A DNA stretch of 64,000 nt from Acutalibacteraceae bacterium (GCA_045617665.1 JAZLIZ010000053.1:2844-66843); one strand, 5' to 3'; numbered from the stretch's first letter, positions 36,371 to 49,034 are shown. Translations and numbers: made by a program. The notes: generated from the sequence alone by a model not told the origin.

Positions 36371-37972
36371 ATGAAACAGATTTTACCTTGTCAGACCAAA
36401 CTTCCCAGAGCGGTAACGCCAGAAAGCGTTGGTGTTGACAGCAATGTTATCCTTGAGTATGTCAAAGAAGTTGAAAAAAGAGGCTTCCGTTTTGACAGCC
36501 TTATGGTTTTCAGAAACGGAAAGGTTGCAAGTGAGTTTTACTGGAAGCCATATTCACCAGAATACACACACGATATGTATTCATTCAGTAAGACCGTAAC
36601 CGCAACGGCAGTCGGCCTTGCCATTGATGAGGGACTTCTTACACTTGATAAAAAGGTATATGATTTCTTCCCCGAAAAATATGCCGCACTTTCACCCTCA
36701 CAAAAAAAGAGAGCGGATAAAATGACTATCCACACTCTTCTTTCAATGCGCTCCGGCAAAAAGCCCAATATGTTCAATAACACCGAAAAGATGAATTGGA
36801 CAGAAAACTATATGAATACCAAAATCAAGAAAGAGCCCGAAACAAAGTGGGAATATGTCAGCGAAAATATTTATATGCTGGCAAAAATCGTTACCATTGT
36901 TTCCGGCCGGTCTGTTGTTGAGTTTATGACTCCGAGGCTCTTTGAACCTCTTGAAATGGGCGTTCCCGAGTGGGAGGGCGACCATGACGGCGTTGAAGCC
37001 GGCGGCTGGGGTCTTCGTATGTCCACGGAGCAGATGGCTAAATTTACCCTCCTTTATCTTCAAAACGGCAAATGGAACGGCAAACAGATTCTTTCCGAAA
37101 ACTGGATGAAGCTTTGTCAGTCAAAGCAGGTTGCTTCCGTTCCCTGTATCATTCATGACGGTACATATTACGGCTACCAGACCTGGCTTAACACAAACCC
37201 CGTTACCTCAACAAGATTTGACGGCCTGTTCGGTCAGATTTCCGTAATTTTCCCGGAGCAGAACGCATTTATGCTCTTCAATGCTCACGATACGAGAGAA
37301 TATGAATATATCAAAATGATTTTTGATTATTTCCCCAGAGCGTTTGTTGACGGTATAAGCGAAAAAACTCCTGCCGAGGTTGAAAAATTCAAGGCAGAGC
37401 AGAGCAGAAAAACCTACGATTATCTGCCTGCTTCACAGAGAAATCCGAAAATCGAAAAGCTTATCAGCGGTAAAAAAATTACAGTTAAATGCCCCAAGGC
37501 AAACAATTCAATTCTCGGCATTTCATCATATTTTATGTGGTCTAAAAAGCCCGGCAAGGCTGAATACTTCAAATTTGATTTTTCAGGCGATGTGCCCACA
37601 ATGAGCTGGAAAGAAAAGAACAGCCCCGAAAATACGGTTAAAATCGGTATGGACGGCGAATTTGCCGTAACGGATGCAAACTTTGCGGATGTTATAATTT
37701 CGGTAGGCGTTCAGGGCGAATGGAAGGGCGATAAGCTTATTCTCAATATTCACCCAATCGGTATGACCCAAAACAGAACTATGGAGTTTACTTTCAGCGG
37801 TAATAATGTAAAAATCAAATCCGATGCAAATCTTCATATCGGCAACCTGCTTGTTTTCTATATGTATTTCAGCGGTATAAACGCCGGTGTGCTTGCAAAC
37901 ATTATTTATAAATTTGTTCCCCTTGCAAATGCGGTTTTGTTTGACCCGAATATGAAGGGTATTATGGAATAA
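36371..37972 (+). CDS. Serine hydrolase, beta-lactamase class C-like family
   Basis: SFSK (SxxK), EYVS (YxS), GWGLRMST, YGYQTW, DGLFGQ. Confidence 0.85.
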   Translation: MKQILPCQTKLPRAVTPESVGVDSNVILEYVKEVEKRGFRFDSLMVFRNGKVASEFYWKPYSPEYTHDMYSFSKTVTATAVGLAIDEGLLTLDKKVYDFFPEKYAALSPSQKKRADKMTIHTLLSMRSGKKPNMFNNTEKMNWTENYMNTKIKKEPETKWEYVSENIYMLAKIVTIVSGRSVVEFMTPRLFEPLEMGVPEWEGDHDGVEAGGWGLRMSTEQMAKFTLLYLQNGKWNGKQILSENWMKLCQSKQVASVPCIIHDGTYYGYQTWLNTNPVTSTRFDGLFGQISVIFPEQNAFMLFNAHDTREYEYIKMIFDYFPRAFVDGISEKTPAEVEKFKAEQSRKTYDYLPASQRNPKIEKLISGKKITVKCPKANNSILGISSYFMWSKKPGKAEYFKFDFSGDVPTMSWKEKNSPENTVKIGMDGEFAVTDANFADVIISVGVQGEWKGDKLILNIHPIGMTQNRTMEFTFSGNNVKIKSDANLHIGNLLVFYMYFSGINAGVLANIIYKFVPLANAVLFDPNMKGIME

Positions 37973-37984
37973 AACATAATAAAA

Positions 37985-38070
37985 CGAGCTGTCGCAAATC
38001 GTTCTGACTTGCGGCAGCCTTTATGTAATCAAAACGGCTGTCACTTCGGAGCTTTCCGGGTGACAGCCTT
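37985..38070. terminator. Two hairpins between convergent genes
   Basis: GCTGTCGCAA/TTGCGGCAGC and GGCTGTCAC/GTGACAGCC. Confidence 0.7.
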
Positions 38071-38078
38071 ATGATTTA

Positions 38079-39602
38079 TCAATCCTCGGGTAAGGGGTCT
38101 TCTTTGTTCATTGTTTCCATCTGTGAACGCATTGACCTTGCTTTTTCAAGGTCGATATACATTCTTTCACGGGTATCAGCATCAATGTTGTAGAACATCA
38201 TGGGGATGAAGCAGAGGGCGTCAAATATAAGCTTCGGGCCGAATGCCGTTAAGAAAAGCTTCCAGCCGACATCACCGCCGGGAACGATTTCCTGACCGGA
38301 TTCAAAGCCTGCCCAGTTTTCAAGCAGATAGGCATTTGCAATCTTTAAGAAAATGTTTTTAACCTTGGTGAAATAGCCTTTAACAAGTGTAACCGTTGCT
38401 TCAACACGGTAGCCGTTCTGCCATTCGCAGTAGTCAAGGATTTCATAGTTGATTTCATCGTTGATAACCTTGCCTGTTGCGTAGAACAGCATCTGAACGG
38501 TGTTGCCGATGCCGAATGTGATAACCATGGGAATCTTATGGAGGTAAAGTCCGTTCTTTTTACCGCCTATTGTTCCTACAAGGAAGAAAATCAGAGCCTT
38601 GAAGAATACGGAGCCTCTGTCAAAGAACCAGAGCGCCTTGGTTGAGAATTTCTTACGAAGCTTGGGAACGAGGGCGTATGAATAATATGAAACAGGGGAG
38701 CCGGGAATACCGCCGATTGTTTCAAGGGTGTTGAAATGAAGAACATCGTTGTAGTAAAGGTCGCCGCCCATACCGATGTTAATATCATCAATAAAGCCGG
38801 AAAGAACATTTACGAGCAGCGGTCTGTTCCTGAATACGGAGAGCAGACCCTTAATCGGCTGAGGCGGTTTTTCGGACTGCGGAACTCTTTCCTTACTTGT
38901 TATGTACCACATAATCGTTGGCACCATTGAAATAATCCAGACTATCCATTTGCCTGTAACAAACATCTTGGTTAAATCCGCTTTGATAATGCCGTTACCT
39001 CGCAGGTCGAGCAATATCGCAAATAGCTGCGATGGGAATTTACCGAGCAAATCGCCTACAAATTTAGCGGAAACAAGCAGGCTCGTTCGTTCATTCGGGT
39101 TTGGCGTGAAAACATTTTCAATGTAACCGCCGCCGCTGAAAAATGCGTTTACGGTTTCGTTATAATACTGAAGAACCATATAGGCTATGAGCCTTACACT
39201 CGGATTCCATCCGAAGAAATTTGCTATAAGCGGTAACATACAGGTATAAACACCGCCGAGAATACTGGGGAGAAGTGCAAGGAACTGGAAGGGCTTGAAT
39301 TTACCCCAGCGGGTTCTCATATTATCAATGATAGCCGCCGTAACGGGGTCGTTAATCATATCATAGATTGTCAGGGTCGCCTCTGCCTTTGCGAGGGATG
39401 TGGGCTTAACGCCGTACATATCATAAAGCCAGATTTCACTGCCGACATCGTATTTGCCGAGAGTTACTGCACCGTAAGCCTTAAACAGAATATAGGAAAC
39501 ACGCTCTTTGGTTGTACAGAAGAGGCGGTTCATATAGGCTGTGTTCATCTTCTGGGGCTCTTCGTCTTTTTTCTCAATCACTCTGTTGACTTCTTCTGCC
39601 AT
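38079..39602 (-). CDS. MFS transporter, glycoside-pentoside-hexuronide-like
   Basis: IYDMINDP, NMRTRWGKFKPF, DYCEWQNGYRVE, many TM helices. Confidence 0.82.
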   Translation of the reverse strand: MAEEVNRVIEKKDEEPQKMNTAYMNRLFCTTKERVSYILFKAYGAVTLGKYDVGSEIWLYDMYGVKPTSLAKAEATLTIYDMINDPVTAAIIDNMRTRWGKFKPFQFLALLPSILGGVYTCMLPLIANFFGWNPSVRLIAYMVLQYYNETVNAFFSGGGYIENVFTPNPNERTSLLVSAKFVGDLLGKFPSQLFAILLDLRGNGIIKADLTKMFVTGKWIVWIISMVPTIMWYITSKERVPQSEKPPQPIKGLLSVFRNRPLLVNVLSGFIDDINIGMGGDLYYNDVLHFNTLETIGGIPGSPVSYYSYALVPKLRKKFSTKALWFFDRGSVFFKALIFFLVGTIGGKKNGLYLHKIPMVITFGIGNTVQMLFYATGKVINDEINYEILDYCEWQNGYRVEATVTLVKGYFTKVKNIFLKIANAYLLENWAGFESGQEIVPGGDVGWKLFLTAFGPKLIFDALCFIPMMFYNIDADTRERMYIDLEKARSMRSQMETMNKEDPLPED

Positions 39603-39619
39603 ATAAACTTCCTCCTCTC

Positions 39620-40471
39620 TTAAGATTCTTTGTTATTTTTTTTGGATTCCTTAGCCTCTTCATCGGCTTTAAGCTTTGCTTCTTTTTCCTGCTGAAGAAC
39701 GGTCAGTCTTTTATATTGCTCTTCACGAATCTGTTCGGTTGTCCAGCCGTTTTTCTGCATTTCAAAATATTCCTCAATGGGAATACCGCCTACAAAGCAG
39801 GGCTTGTGTTTAATTTCGATTCCCTGCTTGAAGCAGAGCATATCAATAACCATACTGAGAATAAGAAGCAGTATGTATAAAATTCCGCCGATGCCGATTG
39901 AGCCGACAACTGCATCCTGCGGAACAGCCGTAAACAAAATTGCGGGTATAATTACCGTTGCAAGCTGAATAATATTAAGTGTCAAATTTCTCTGCTTGCC
40001 CTTTGGCGAACAGGAGAGGGTAAGCAAAATAAATTTAACAAGCAGCATAACAACCGATAACGCAAGGAGGGCAAATGAAATGCCCAGGGGAAGAAGCTTG
40101 CCCGAAAGCAAATCGCCTAACGCACCGGTAACGCCGTCAATGTTTTTATAAATCGTCATAAAGTTGATTGCGGTTTTTTCCATTGGTGCAAGGGGCTCGT
40201 TGACTTTTGCGTTTATAATCGGGAGAAACAATGCTCCGACAGGTAAAAGTGTTGTAAAGATTCTTACAATAGCAAGCTTTGAACCGACAAAGGAGCCTTT
40301 CAGACGGTCGATTTTTTTCTGAAAATGGTAGTTCTGAACCTCTGCAATATCCGCATCCTTCATCAGTCTTTCCTGCAGGTCATAGACCGTCAGGTTAACT
40401 CCGCAATGAGGACAATGCTGTTTCCAGTTTGTCAGCTTCAGATGGCCGCCGCATTTGGGACAATCTGCCAT
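39620..40471 (-). CDS. Membrane protein with N-terminal zinc ribbon
   Basis: CPKC...CPHC followed by about five hydrophobic segments. Confidence 0.7.
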   Translation of the reverse strand: MADCPKCGGHLKLTNWKQHCPHCGVNLTVYDLQERLMKDADIAEVQNYHFQKKIDRLKGSFVGSKLAIVRIFTTLLPVGALFLPIINAKVNEPLAPMEKTAINFMTIYKNIDGVTGALGDLLSGKLLPLGISFALLALSVVMLLVKFILLTLSCSPKGKQRNLTLNIIQLATVIIPAILFTAVPQDAVVGSIGIGGILYILLLILSMVIDMLCFKQGIEIKHKPCFVGGIPIEEYFEMQKNGWTTEQIREEQYKRLTVLQQEKEAKLKADEEAKESKKNNKES

Positions 40472-40600
40472 TGATACACCTCCTCAAAATATTATGATTA
40501 TTATTACATATTACTAAAATAAAATCAAGCACCCAGCCTTATTTTCGGCTAAGTGCCTATAAATGGTGTGTAATATTTGATAAATCTTCCAAAACAGAGG

Positions 40601-41731
<1,131 letters not shown>

Positions 41732-42202
41732 TTACGCCTTTTTCTCCTTGCTTTTACGCTTACGGGATATGCAGATAATAAGAGCGATAAACGCCGTCAT
41801 AAGTAAAGCCCCGGTTACCGCACCGGCTGAATCAATACAGATATCAAAGATTTCAAATGCTCTGCCGGGCACAAGAATCTGGTGTATTTCGTCTGTTACG
41901 GCATAGGCGATACTGATCATTACGGAAAGAATAACGCTTTTTAACGCCTTAATATCCATTGAACGCAGAAATGTACATATCAGAGCGGAAAAGCCGAGGT
42001 ATTCGATTCCGTGGGCGGTTTCTCTGATGATTGAGTTTAATTCTTCGCTGAATCCGAGAAAAGCAAGCAATGAATAGCTTGTTTCGTTTGAGTCCTCCGC
42101 CACCTGAGATGAAAGGTAAAATATTGTTGCGGCACAGACTATAACGAGAATAAAAAGAATAATTCTCAAAGCAGCTTGCCACGGTGTGATTTTTTTGTTC
42201 AT
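41732..42202 (-). CDS. VanZ family membrane protein
   Basis: IRETAHGIEY, YAVTDEIHQILVPGR, DICIDSAG. Confidence 0.88.
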   Translation of the reverse strand: MNKKITPWQAALRIILFILVIVCAATIFYLSSQVAEDSNETSYSLLAFLGFSEELNSIIRETAHGIEYLGFSALICTFLRSMDIKALKSVILSVMISIAYAVTDEIHQILVPGRAFEIFDICIDSAGAVTGALLMTAFIALIICISRKRKSKEKKA

Positions 42203-42497
42203 ATAATTTATCCTACAAATAAATTTTACATCATTATAAACTACGGTGCATACAAAAGCAAGAAAATCCGTGAATTTATCAAGTACTTTCGATATTTGTT
42301 TATCAAAAAAACGTCAAAAAAACGATAAAATCCCACTGAATTTTGATAATTTCCAAATCGGAAAAAATATTTGTGAATTTAGTGTAAATTTACACCTTTG
42401 ATATTGAATTTTCCGGACGGATGATATATAATACACAAAGAATAGTGGATGAGTGTGCATTTACGAATAAAAAACATCAATATTTTGTGAGGAAAAG

Positions 42498-43400
42498 ATG
42501 AAAAATGTTCTTTTGAAAAGAATATGCGCTTTGCTGACGGCGTTTGTGCTTTCGGCTTCCCTTTGCGTTGTCGCTTTTTCCGCAGTTCTTTTGAATGTTA
42601 CCTATTGCGGCGTGGTTGCGTACGGAAGCTTTGTTCCCACAGATACCGCAATTCTGATTAAGTTTTCCGGCAATATATCTGACGGAAGCGTTAAAAGAAC
42701 CAATCAGCCTAAATTCCGTGTTTACGATTCCTCCGAAAACTTAGTGCCTGTTTATGTTAATGTCGGTGAGGATGACGAGGGGAATGCTATGTCAAACACG
42801 GTCAGCATTATTCCCGCAAAGAATTTCACCGAGGGTGAAAAATATATTGTTTACATTGAAAAGGGCATTAAGGCGGCAGACGGTGCCGTTCTTGCCGAAA
42901 CACAGACCTTTACATTTGTTGTTTCCGGCGAAAAGAAAACCTTAAGGGTTAAAACAAAAACCACAAAGCCAACAACACAAGCCCCGACAACAACTCAACC
43001 CACAACCGCTCCCAATGTTGCTACGGAGCCTTTGACAACTGCACCGACAACCGCAAAGAAAACCGAAGCCGCGAAGACCGAAAAGCAGGATGCTTCAACA
43101 ACCGAGTCCACAACCGCAGAAACCACTACACAGGTGCCCTCCGTTATTGAAAATGTTTCCGGCACCACAATCAGAATTACCGTCAAAGCAAATGCGGATG
43201 AGGATGAAGAGGAAAGCACCGAAAACGAAGAAACAAGCTTCCGTGATGTTTTCGGAATAAAGAGTGAAACCCGTGAGGACGGTAACGGCAGTAAGCAGGA
43301 GCAGAAAAGCTTTGATAAGCTCCCGTTCATTATTGCCGCAGCTGTGGTGGTAATCCTTGCCGCTGCCGCAACCGCAATTCTCAGAAAAAAGTTTTTCTGA
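42498..43400 (+). CDS. Surface protein: Ig-like (SbsA/Big_5-type) domain, Thr-rich linker, C-terminal membrane anchor
   Basis: Signal peptide; IKFSGNI, IIPAKNFTEGEKYIVYIEKGIKA, FTFVV; Thr/Pro/Ala linker; TM helix + RKK. Confidence 0.7.
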   Translation: MKNVLLKRICALLTAFVLSASLCVVAFSAVLLNVTYCGVVAYGSFVPTDTAILIKFSGNISDGSVKRTNQPKFRVYDSSENLVPVYVNVGEDDEGNAMSNTVSIIPAKNFTEGEKYIVYIEKGIKAADGAVLAETQTFTFVVSGEKKTLRVKTKTTKPTTQAPTTTQPTTAPNVATEPLTTAPTTAKKTEAAKTEKQDASTTESTTAETTTQVPSVIENVSGTTIRITVKANADEDEEESTENEETSFRDVFGIKSETREDGNGSKQEQKSFDKLPFIIAAAVVVILAAAATAILRKKFF

Positions 43401-43419
43401 AATAACCTGAAATAAATAC

Positions 43420-43460
43420 AAGGCTGTTGCATCATTTCAATGCTTGCAACAGCTTTTTTT
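43420..43460 (+). terminator. Intrinsic terminator
   Basis: AGGCTGTTGCA...TGCAACAGCTT followed by a T-run. Confidence 0.75.
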
Positions 43461-43532
43461 ATTTGACTATTTATAGGTTTTGTATTATAATCAAAAAATA
43501 TTATGGAAAATTGTCGCAAGGAGTGTCGATTT

Positions 43533-45881
43533 ATGAACTCTGAAAATATTATAAACCTGCCTTTGATGGCTTTAAGAGGAGTTGTTATTTTCCCGGAACA
43601 GCTTCTTCATTTTGATGTTATCAGAAAAAAATCCGTTGAATCTCTGCAAAGAGCGATGGGTGAAAATAGAAAAATTATTCTTGTTTCTCAAAAGGATTTA
43701 ACCTGTGAGGACCCCGGCAAGGATGACCTTTACAAAATCGGTGTTATTGCCGAAATTCAGCAGATTATCCGTATTCCGCAGAAAAAGGGGATTATTCATG
43801 TTTCCGTTAAGGGACTCAAAAGAGTAAAGCTTGTCACCTTTACAGATGACGGCAAGGCTCTTTACGGCGGAGTTACGGAGCTTCGCAAAAGAAATGTAAA
43901 AAAAGAGGATGAGCTTTTTACCGAGGCGCTTATTCGCAGAACAAAGGATGAATTTGTAAATTATGCGGATTTTGCCCCGGAGATGCCTGTTGATATTGTT
44001 ACAAACATCCTTTCAATCAAAGAGCCGGGCGCTCTTGCCGATTACATAGCCGGCAATATAATGATTGAATATCAGGATAAGCAGACTGTTCTTGAGATTC
44101 TTGACCCCATTGAACGCCTTAACGATTTGTGCTTCGTTCTCGCAAGGGAGAGCAAGCTACTTGCCCTTGAAAGCAAAATCGGTGAAATGGTTCAGGAAAG
44201 AATGGATAAGAACCAGAAGGAATATTATCTTTCCGAGCAGATAAAGGTTATTTCCGAGGAGCTTAACGGCTTTTCACAGGAGGATGACCTGACTGAATAT
44301 GTGAGCCGAATTGAATCTATGAAGGCGGATGAAGAAATAAAGCAGAAGCTCAGAAAAGAATGCTCAAGGCTTCAGAAAATGTCGCCGTCTTCACCTGATG
44401 CAACCGTTGCAAGAACATATATCGAAACCTGCCTTGAATTACCCTGGGGCAAATACTCCAAGGAAACGGAAAATGTTGAGAAATCAAGAAAAATTCTTGA
44501 GGCTGACCATTACGGCCTTGAAAAGGTTAAGGAAAGAATACTTGAATACCTTGCCGTTTCAACCATAGCCCCCGAAATAAAAGGGCAGATTATCTGTCTT
44601 GTCGGTCCTCCGGGTGTGGGTAAAACAAGCGTTGCAAAATCAATAGCCCGTGCAACAGGCAGAAAATATGAAAGAATTGCTTTGGGCGGTGTTCATGATG
44701 AGGCTGAAATCAGAGGCCACAGGAGAACATATTTAGGCTCAATGCCCGGCAGAATAGTTGATGCTCTTCAAAAGGCAGGCACAAGTAATCCGCTCATTCT
44801 TCTTGATGAGGTTGATAAGCTTTCGTCCGATTACAAGGGCGACCCCACATCTGCGCTGCTTGAGGTGCTTGACCCGGAGCAGAATTCAACCTTTGTTGAC
44901 CACTATATTGATTTGCCCTTTGATTTAAGCAAGGTTTTATTTGTTACAACAGCAAATGTCAGAAGCAATATTCCCGAGCCGCTGCAGGACAGAATGGAAA
45001 TAATCGAGCTCGGCTCGTATACCTTTGAAGAAAAATTCAATATTGCAAAAAAGCATCTTATTCCGAAGCAGATTAAACGCCACGGCTTAAAGGCTTCAAC
45101 GCTGAAAATTACCGATAAGGCAGTTTCTCTTATGATTGAGGGCTACACCAAGGAAGCCGGCGTCAGAAATCTTGAACAGAATATAGCATCCGTTTGCCGA
45201 AAGAGTGCTATGAAGATTGCCTCTGGCGAAAAGGAGAGGATTACCGTTAAGCCCGATGACCTTGAAGCGCTTTTAGGTGCAAGAAAGTTCAGAAATGACG
45301 AGCTTTCAAGCGAAAATGAAATCGGTGTCTGCAACGGCCTTGCCTGGACAAGCGTAGGCGGTGAAATGCTTGAAATCGAGAGTGCCGTTCTTGACGGTAC
45401 GGGAAGGCTTGAGCTGACAGGCTCTCTCGGTGATGTTATGCAGGAAAGTGCAAAAACCGCCGTCAGTTATATCCGTTCAAAGGCCAATGCTCTGAAAATC
45501 GAAAACGATTTTTATAAGACAAAGGATATTCATATTCATGTTCCCGAGGGCGCAACACCGAAGGACGGCCCCTCTGCCGGCGTAACCATTGCAACCTCCC
45601 TTGCTTCCGCCCTTATGGGTAAGGAAATCCGCAGGGATGTGGCTATGACGGGTGAAATTACCCTGCGTGGCAGAGTTTTGCCAATCGGCGGACTTAAAGA
45701 AAAATCAATGGCGGCTTACAGAGCAGGTATGAAAACCGTTTTTATTCCATACGGCAATGTTGCAGACCTTGACGAGGTTGACGGTAAGGTTAAGGAAAAC
45801 ATAAAATTCGTGCCTGTTAAAAATGTTGAAACAATATGGCAGGATGCCATAGTTGATTACAAACAGGAGCAGAACAGATGA
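43533..45881 (+). CDS. lon: Lon protease
   Basis: [37 protein letters not shown]. Confidence 0.98.
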   Translation: MNSENIINLPLMALRGVVIFPEQLLHFDVIRKKSVESLQRAMGENRKIILVSQKDLTCEDPGKDDLYKIGVIAEIQQIIRIPQKKGIIHVSVKGLKRVKLVTFTDDGKALYGGVTELRKRNVKKEDELFTEALIRRTKDEFVNYADFAPEMPVDIVTNILSIKEPGALADYIAGNIMIEYQDKQTVLEILDPIERLNDLCFVLARESKLLALESKIGEMVQERMDKNQKEYYLSEQIKVISEELNGFSQEDDLTEYVSRIESMKADEEIKQKLRKECSRLQKMSPSSPDATVARTYIETCLELPWGKYSKETENVEKSRKILEADHYGLEKVKERILEYLAVSTIAPEIKGQIICLVGPPGVGKTSVAKSIARATGRKYERIALGGVHDEAEIRGHRRTYLGSMPGRIVDALQKAGTSNPLILLDEVDKLSSDYKGDPTSALLEVLDPEQNSTFVDHYIDLPFDLSKVLFVTTANVRSNIPEPLQDRMEIIELGSYTFEEKFNIAKKHLIPKQIKRHGLKASTLKITDKAVSLMIEGYTKEAGVRNLEQNIASVCRKSAMKIASGEKERITVKPDDLEALLGARKFRNDELSSENEIGVCNGLAWTSVGGEMLEIESAVLDGTGRLELTGSLGDVMQESAKTAVSYIRSKANALKIENDFYKTKDIHIHVPEGATPKDGPSAGVTIATSLASALMGKEIRRDVAMTGEITLRGRVLPIGGLKEKSMAAYRAGMKTVFIPYGNVADLDEVDGKVKENIKFVPVKNVETIWQDAIVDYKQEQNR

Positions 45882-46456
45882 GATACGATAAAACCGAATT
45901 TTCGTCCTCCTACGGAACTTCATCACAGCTTCCGCAGTCCGATGCCCCTGAAATCGTTTTTTCGGGCCGTTCCAATGTAGGGAAATCATCACTCATAAAT
46001 AAACTTTTCAACAGAAAAAATCTTGCCAGAGTCAGCTCTACACCGGGAAAAACCGTTACAATCAACTTCTTTAAGGGTGACGGCGCAAATTTTGTGGATT
46101 TACCCGGTTACGGCTATGCAAAGCGTGACAGAAACGAGAAAGACCGCTGGGCGGAGCTTATGGAGGGCTATTTTCAGTCAGAAAGAAACATTGCCCTTGT
46201 TGTTCAGCTTGTTGATATGCGCCATGAGCCCTCCGCTGATGATATGACAATGCTGAATTTCCTTAAGGACGCCGGTATTCCCTTTGTTATTGCATTGACT
46301 AAATGCGATAAGCTGAATAAAACCGAAACGGAAAAGCGTTCAAAGGAAATCGAAAACGAGCTTTCGGCATTTGACGGTGTTGTAAAAATACCGTTTTCCT
46401 CTGTAAACGGAACAGGCGTAGAGGCACTTAAAAAAGAAATTGAAAAGGTAATCTGA
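45878..46456 (+). CDS. engB: Ribosome biogenesis GTPase EngB/YihA
   Basis: GRSNVGKSS, DLPGYG, TKCD; overlaps the lon stop codon. Confidence 0.96.
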   Translation: MRYDKTEFSSSYGTSSQLPQSDAPEIVFSGRSNVGKSSLINKLFNRKNLARVSSTPGKTVTINFFKGDGANFVDLPGYGYAKRDRNEKDRWAELMEGYFQSERNIALVVQLVDMRHEPSADDMTMLNFLKDAGIPFVIALTKCDKLNKTETEKRSKEIENELSAFDGVVKIPFSSVNGTGVEALKKEIEKVI

Positions 46457-46486
46457 AATATATTTCAAAAAAGAAATTTGTAAGAG

Positions 46487-47773
46487 GTGAACAAAATGTT
46501 CAAATCTGAAAATGTGGCAGACGGCGTAAGAGTTGTCTGCATTGAAACCGACAGATACAAAACCGCAGAGCTTGATATTTCAATGGCATTGCCCCTTGAT
46601 GATAATTGTGCTGCAAATGCACTTGCAATTTATCTGCTAAAGCGTTCCTGCAAGGCTTATCCCGATTTCACAATGCTCCACGGTAAGCTTGATGAGCTTT
46701 ACGGTGCATCTCTGGGTGCAAGTGCGGGAAAATACGGTGATTCGCAGATATTATCTCTCGGAATAACCTGCCTTGACGATAAATTTTCGCTTGATGAAAG
46801 CAGTATCATTGAAGAAGCCATTGAGCTTCTTTCCGGTATGCTCTTTAACCCCAATGTCAGATGCAGGTCATTCGGTAAAGAAAACTTTGAAACCGAAAAA
46901 AGGCTTATGCTTCAGCGTATTCTTGATGAGCAGGATGATAAAAGACTTTACGCAACACAGCAGTTGATTAAAAATATGTTTGCCGGAGAGCCGTACGGCA
47001 GAAGCAAATACGGCACAGAGGAAGAGATAAACGCCGTAACAATGGCTGATGTTTATGAAGCATGGCAGAATATGCTCACAAAATCCCGTATTCAGATTAC
47101 CTGTGTCGGCAGTATTTCAGCCGAAAGGGTAATTGAAATATTCAGAAAGAAATTTGCAAAGCTTCAGAGAACACCGGTTGAAATGAAATCGGTTTTCACA
47201 CCGAAAGCGGAAGCTTCAAAGAGATTTGAAGAAAGATTACCTATGAATCAGGGCAAATTCGTTATGGGCTACAGAACGGGAATGACCCATAACCACGATA
47301 ATGAATTTGCAGAGCGTATAGCGGTTGATATTTTCGGCGGCGGCACATATTCAAAGCTTTTCACCGTCATTCGTGAAAAAATGTCACTTTGTTATTATTG
47401 CCGTGCAACCCTCGTAACAGGCAAGGGCTTTGTGCTTGTTGACTGCGGTATTGATACCGATAAGGAGGAGCCTGCAACAAAGGGCATTATGCAGCAGCTT
47501 GAAGCGGTTAAAAACGGCGACTTTAATGATGATGTTCTTGCATCCTCAAAGCGTTCGCTCCGTGAAAGAATGACCTTTTCAACCCCGGACGGCATCCTTA
47601 TGTGGTATGCCGGCCAGATTACCGATGAAGAGCTTCGCACTCCCGAATATGTGATTGAAAACATTGAAAAGGTTACAAAGCAAGAGGTTATGGAATGTGC
47701 CGCAAAAATGAGCCTTGATACGGTGTTTATGCTGGCGGCTGATGAACCGGAGGGTGAGAAGGATGCAGATTAA
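46487..47773 (+). CDS. M16 peptidase-like inactive subunit (YmfF-like)
   Basis: SKLFTVIREKMSLCYY; no HxxEH; paired with the next gene. Confidence 0.85.
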   Translation: MNKMFKSENVADGVRVVCIETDRYKTAELDISMALPLDDNCAANALAIYLLKRSCKAYPDFTMLHGKLDELYGASLGASAGKYGDSQILSLGITCLDDKFSLDESSIIEEAIELLSGMLFNPNVRCRSFGKENFETEKRLMLQRILDEQDDKRLYATQQLIKNMFAGEPYGRSKYGTEEEINAVTMADVYEAWQNMLTKSRIQITCVGSISAERVIEIFRKKFAKLQRTPVEMKSVFTPKAEASKRFEERLPMNQGKFVMGYRTGMTHNHDNEFAERIAVDIFGGGTYSKLFTVIREKMSLCYYCRATLVTGKGFVLVDCGIDTDKEEPATKGIMQQLEAVKNGDFNDDVLASSKRSLRERMTFSTPDGILMWYAGQITDEELRTPEYVIENIEKVTKQEVMECAAKMSLDTVFMLAADEPEGEKDAD

Positions 47774-49034
47774 AGAATACAGGGATGAAAAGCTTCAGGA
47801 GAGCGTATTCTGTGCAAAGCATTCATCCGGGCTTGAAATCAGAGTTATGCCGAAGGCCGGCTATGATTCCGCTTATGCTGTTTTCGGTGTAAAATACGGC
47901 TCAATAGATACATTTCTCAAAAAGTCTGACGGAACATTTGACCCCATTCCCGAGGGCACGGCACATTTTCTTGAGCATAAATTATTTGAAAGCGAAGAGC
48001 TTGATGCCTTTGAGCTTTTTGCAAGAACAGGTGCATCGGCAAATGCCTACACATCCTTTGAAAGAACGGCTTATCTTTTCAAGGGCTCAAGCAATATTGA
48101 AAAATCCCTTGAATATCTGCTTGATTTTGTTCAGAATCCCTATTTTACGGCAGAAACCGTACAAAAAGAGCAGGGCATAATCGGGCAGGAAATCAGAATG
48201 TATCAGGATATGCCGGACTGGATGGTTATGTTTAATCTTCTGCGTGCTCTTTATAGAGATAACCCGGTCAGAGTTGATATAGCCGGAACGCAGGAATCTA
48301 TTTCACAGATTGACGATAAGCTTCTCTATAACCTCTATGAAACATTTTACAATCCGTCAAATATGGTGCTTTGCATTGTCGGTAATGTTGAGCCGGAGAA
48401 AATTTTCAAGCAGGTTGAGGGCAGCATAAAGAGAGAAAAGAAAACAGTTCCCGAAAGAAAATTTGTCAAGGATTCTCCGAAAGCGGAGCAGTCATATATT
48501 GATTGCAGACTTGCAGTCGGCAGAAAGCAGTTCCTTTTAGGCTTTAAGGAGGCTTTAACAAAGCCGGAAATCACCATAGAGGATGAAACCGCTTCAAATG
48601 TTATGCTTGAAGCACTGTTCGGAAAATCCTCACCGTTTTACAGAAAACTCCTTGACGAGGGGCTTATTGATAACGATTTCGGCTCTGAAATGTTTAACGG
48701 CTACGGCTTCTCGGCTGTTATGATAGGCGGACCGAGTGATGACCCGGAAAAGACGGTATCACTCATCAGGGCTGAAATTGAAAGAGCAAAGGCGGAGGGC
48801 ATAGACCCTGTTTTGTTTGAAAGGGCAAAGAAAAAGCTCTACGGCAGAACGGTTATGTGCTATAACGATATTGACGATATGGCAAATATGCTTATGACTC
48901 TCTATTTTACGGGTTACAAGCCCTTTGATGAGGTTGAAGCAATTAAAAATGTTACTCTTGAAACGGCACAGGCAAGGCTTGAATGTCTGAATGAAGAGGG
49001 AAGCGCATTATCTGTTGTGCTTCCTGTTGCCTGA
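47763..49034 (+). CDS. M16 zinc peptidase (YmfH-like)
   Basis: GTAHFLEHKLFE, NAYTSF, EQGIIGQEI. Confidence 0.9.
   Translation: MQIKEYRDEKLQESVFCAKHSSGLEIRVMPKAGYDSAYAVFGVKYGSIDTFLKKSDGTFDPIPEGTAHFLEHKLFESEELDAFELFARTGASANAYTSFERTAYLFKGSSNIEKSLEYLLDFVQNPYFTAETVQKEQGIIGQEIRMYQDMPDWMVMFNLLRALYRDNPVRVDIAGTQESISQIDDKLLYNLYETFYNPSNMVLCIVGNVEPEKIFKQVEGSIKREKKTVPERKFVKDSPKAEQSYIDCRLAVGRKQFLLGFKEALTKPEITIEDETASNVMLEALFGKSSPFYRKLLDEGLIDNDFGSEMFNGYGFSAVMIGGPSDDPEKTVSLIRAEIERAKAEGIDPVLFERAKKKLYGRTVMCYNDIDDMANMLMTLYFTGYKPFDEVEAIKNVTLETAQARLECLNEEGSALSVVLPVA

Noticed and set aside
36371-37972. True beta-lactamase resistance gene
   Set aside because: A cytoplasmic 533-aa family member with no signal peptide; more likely an esterase or amidase.
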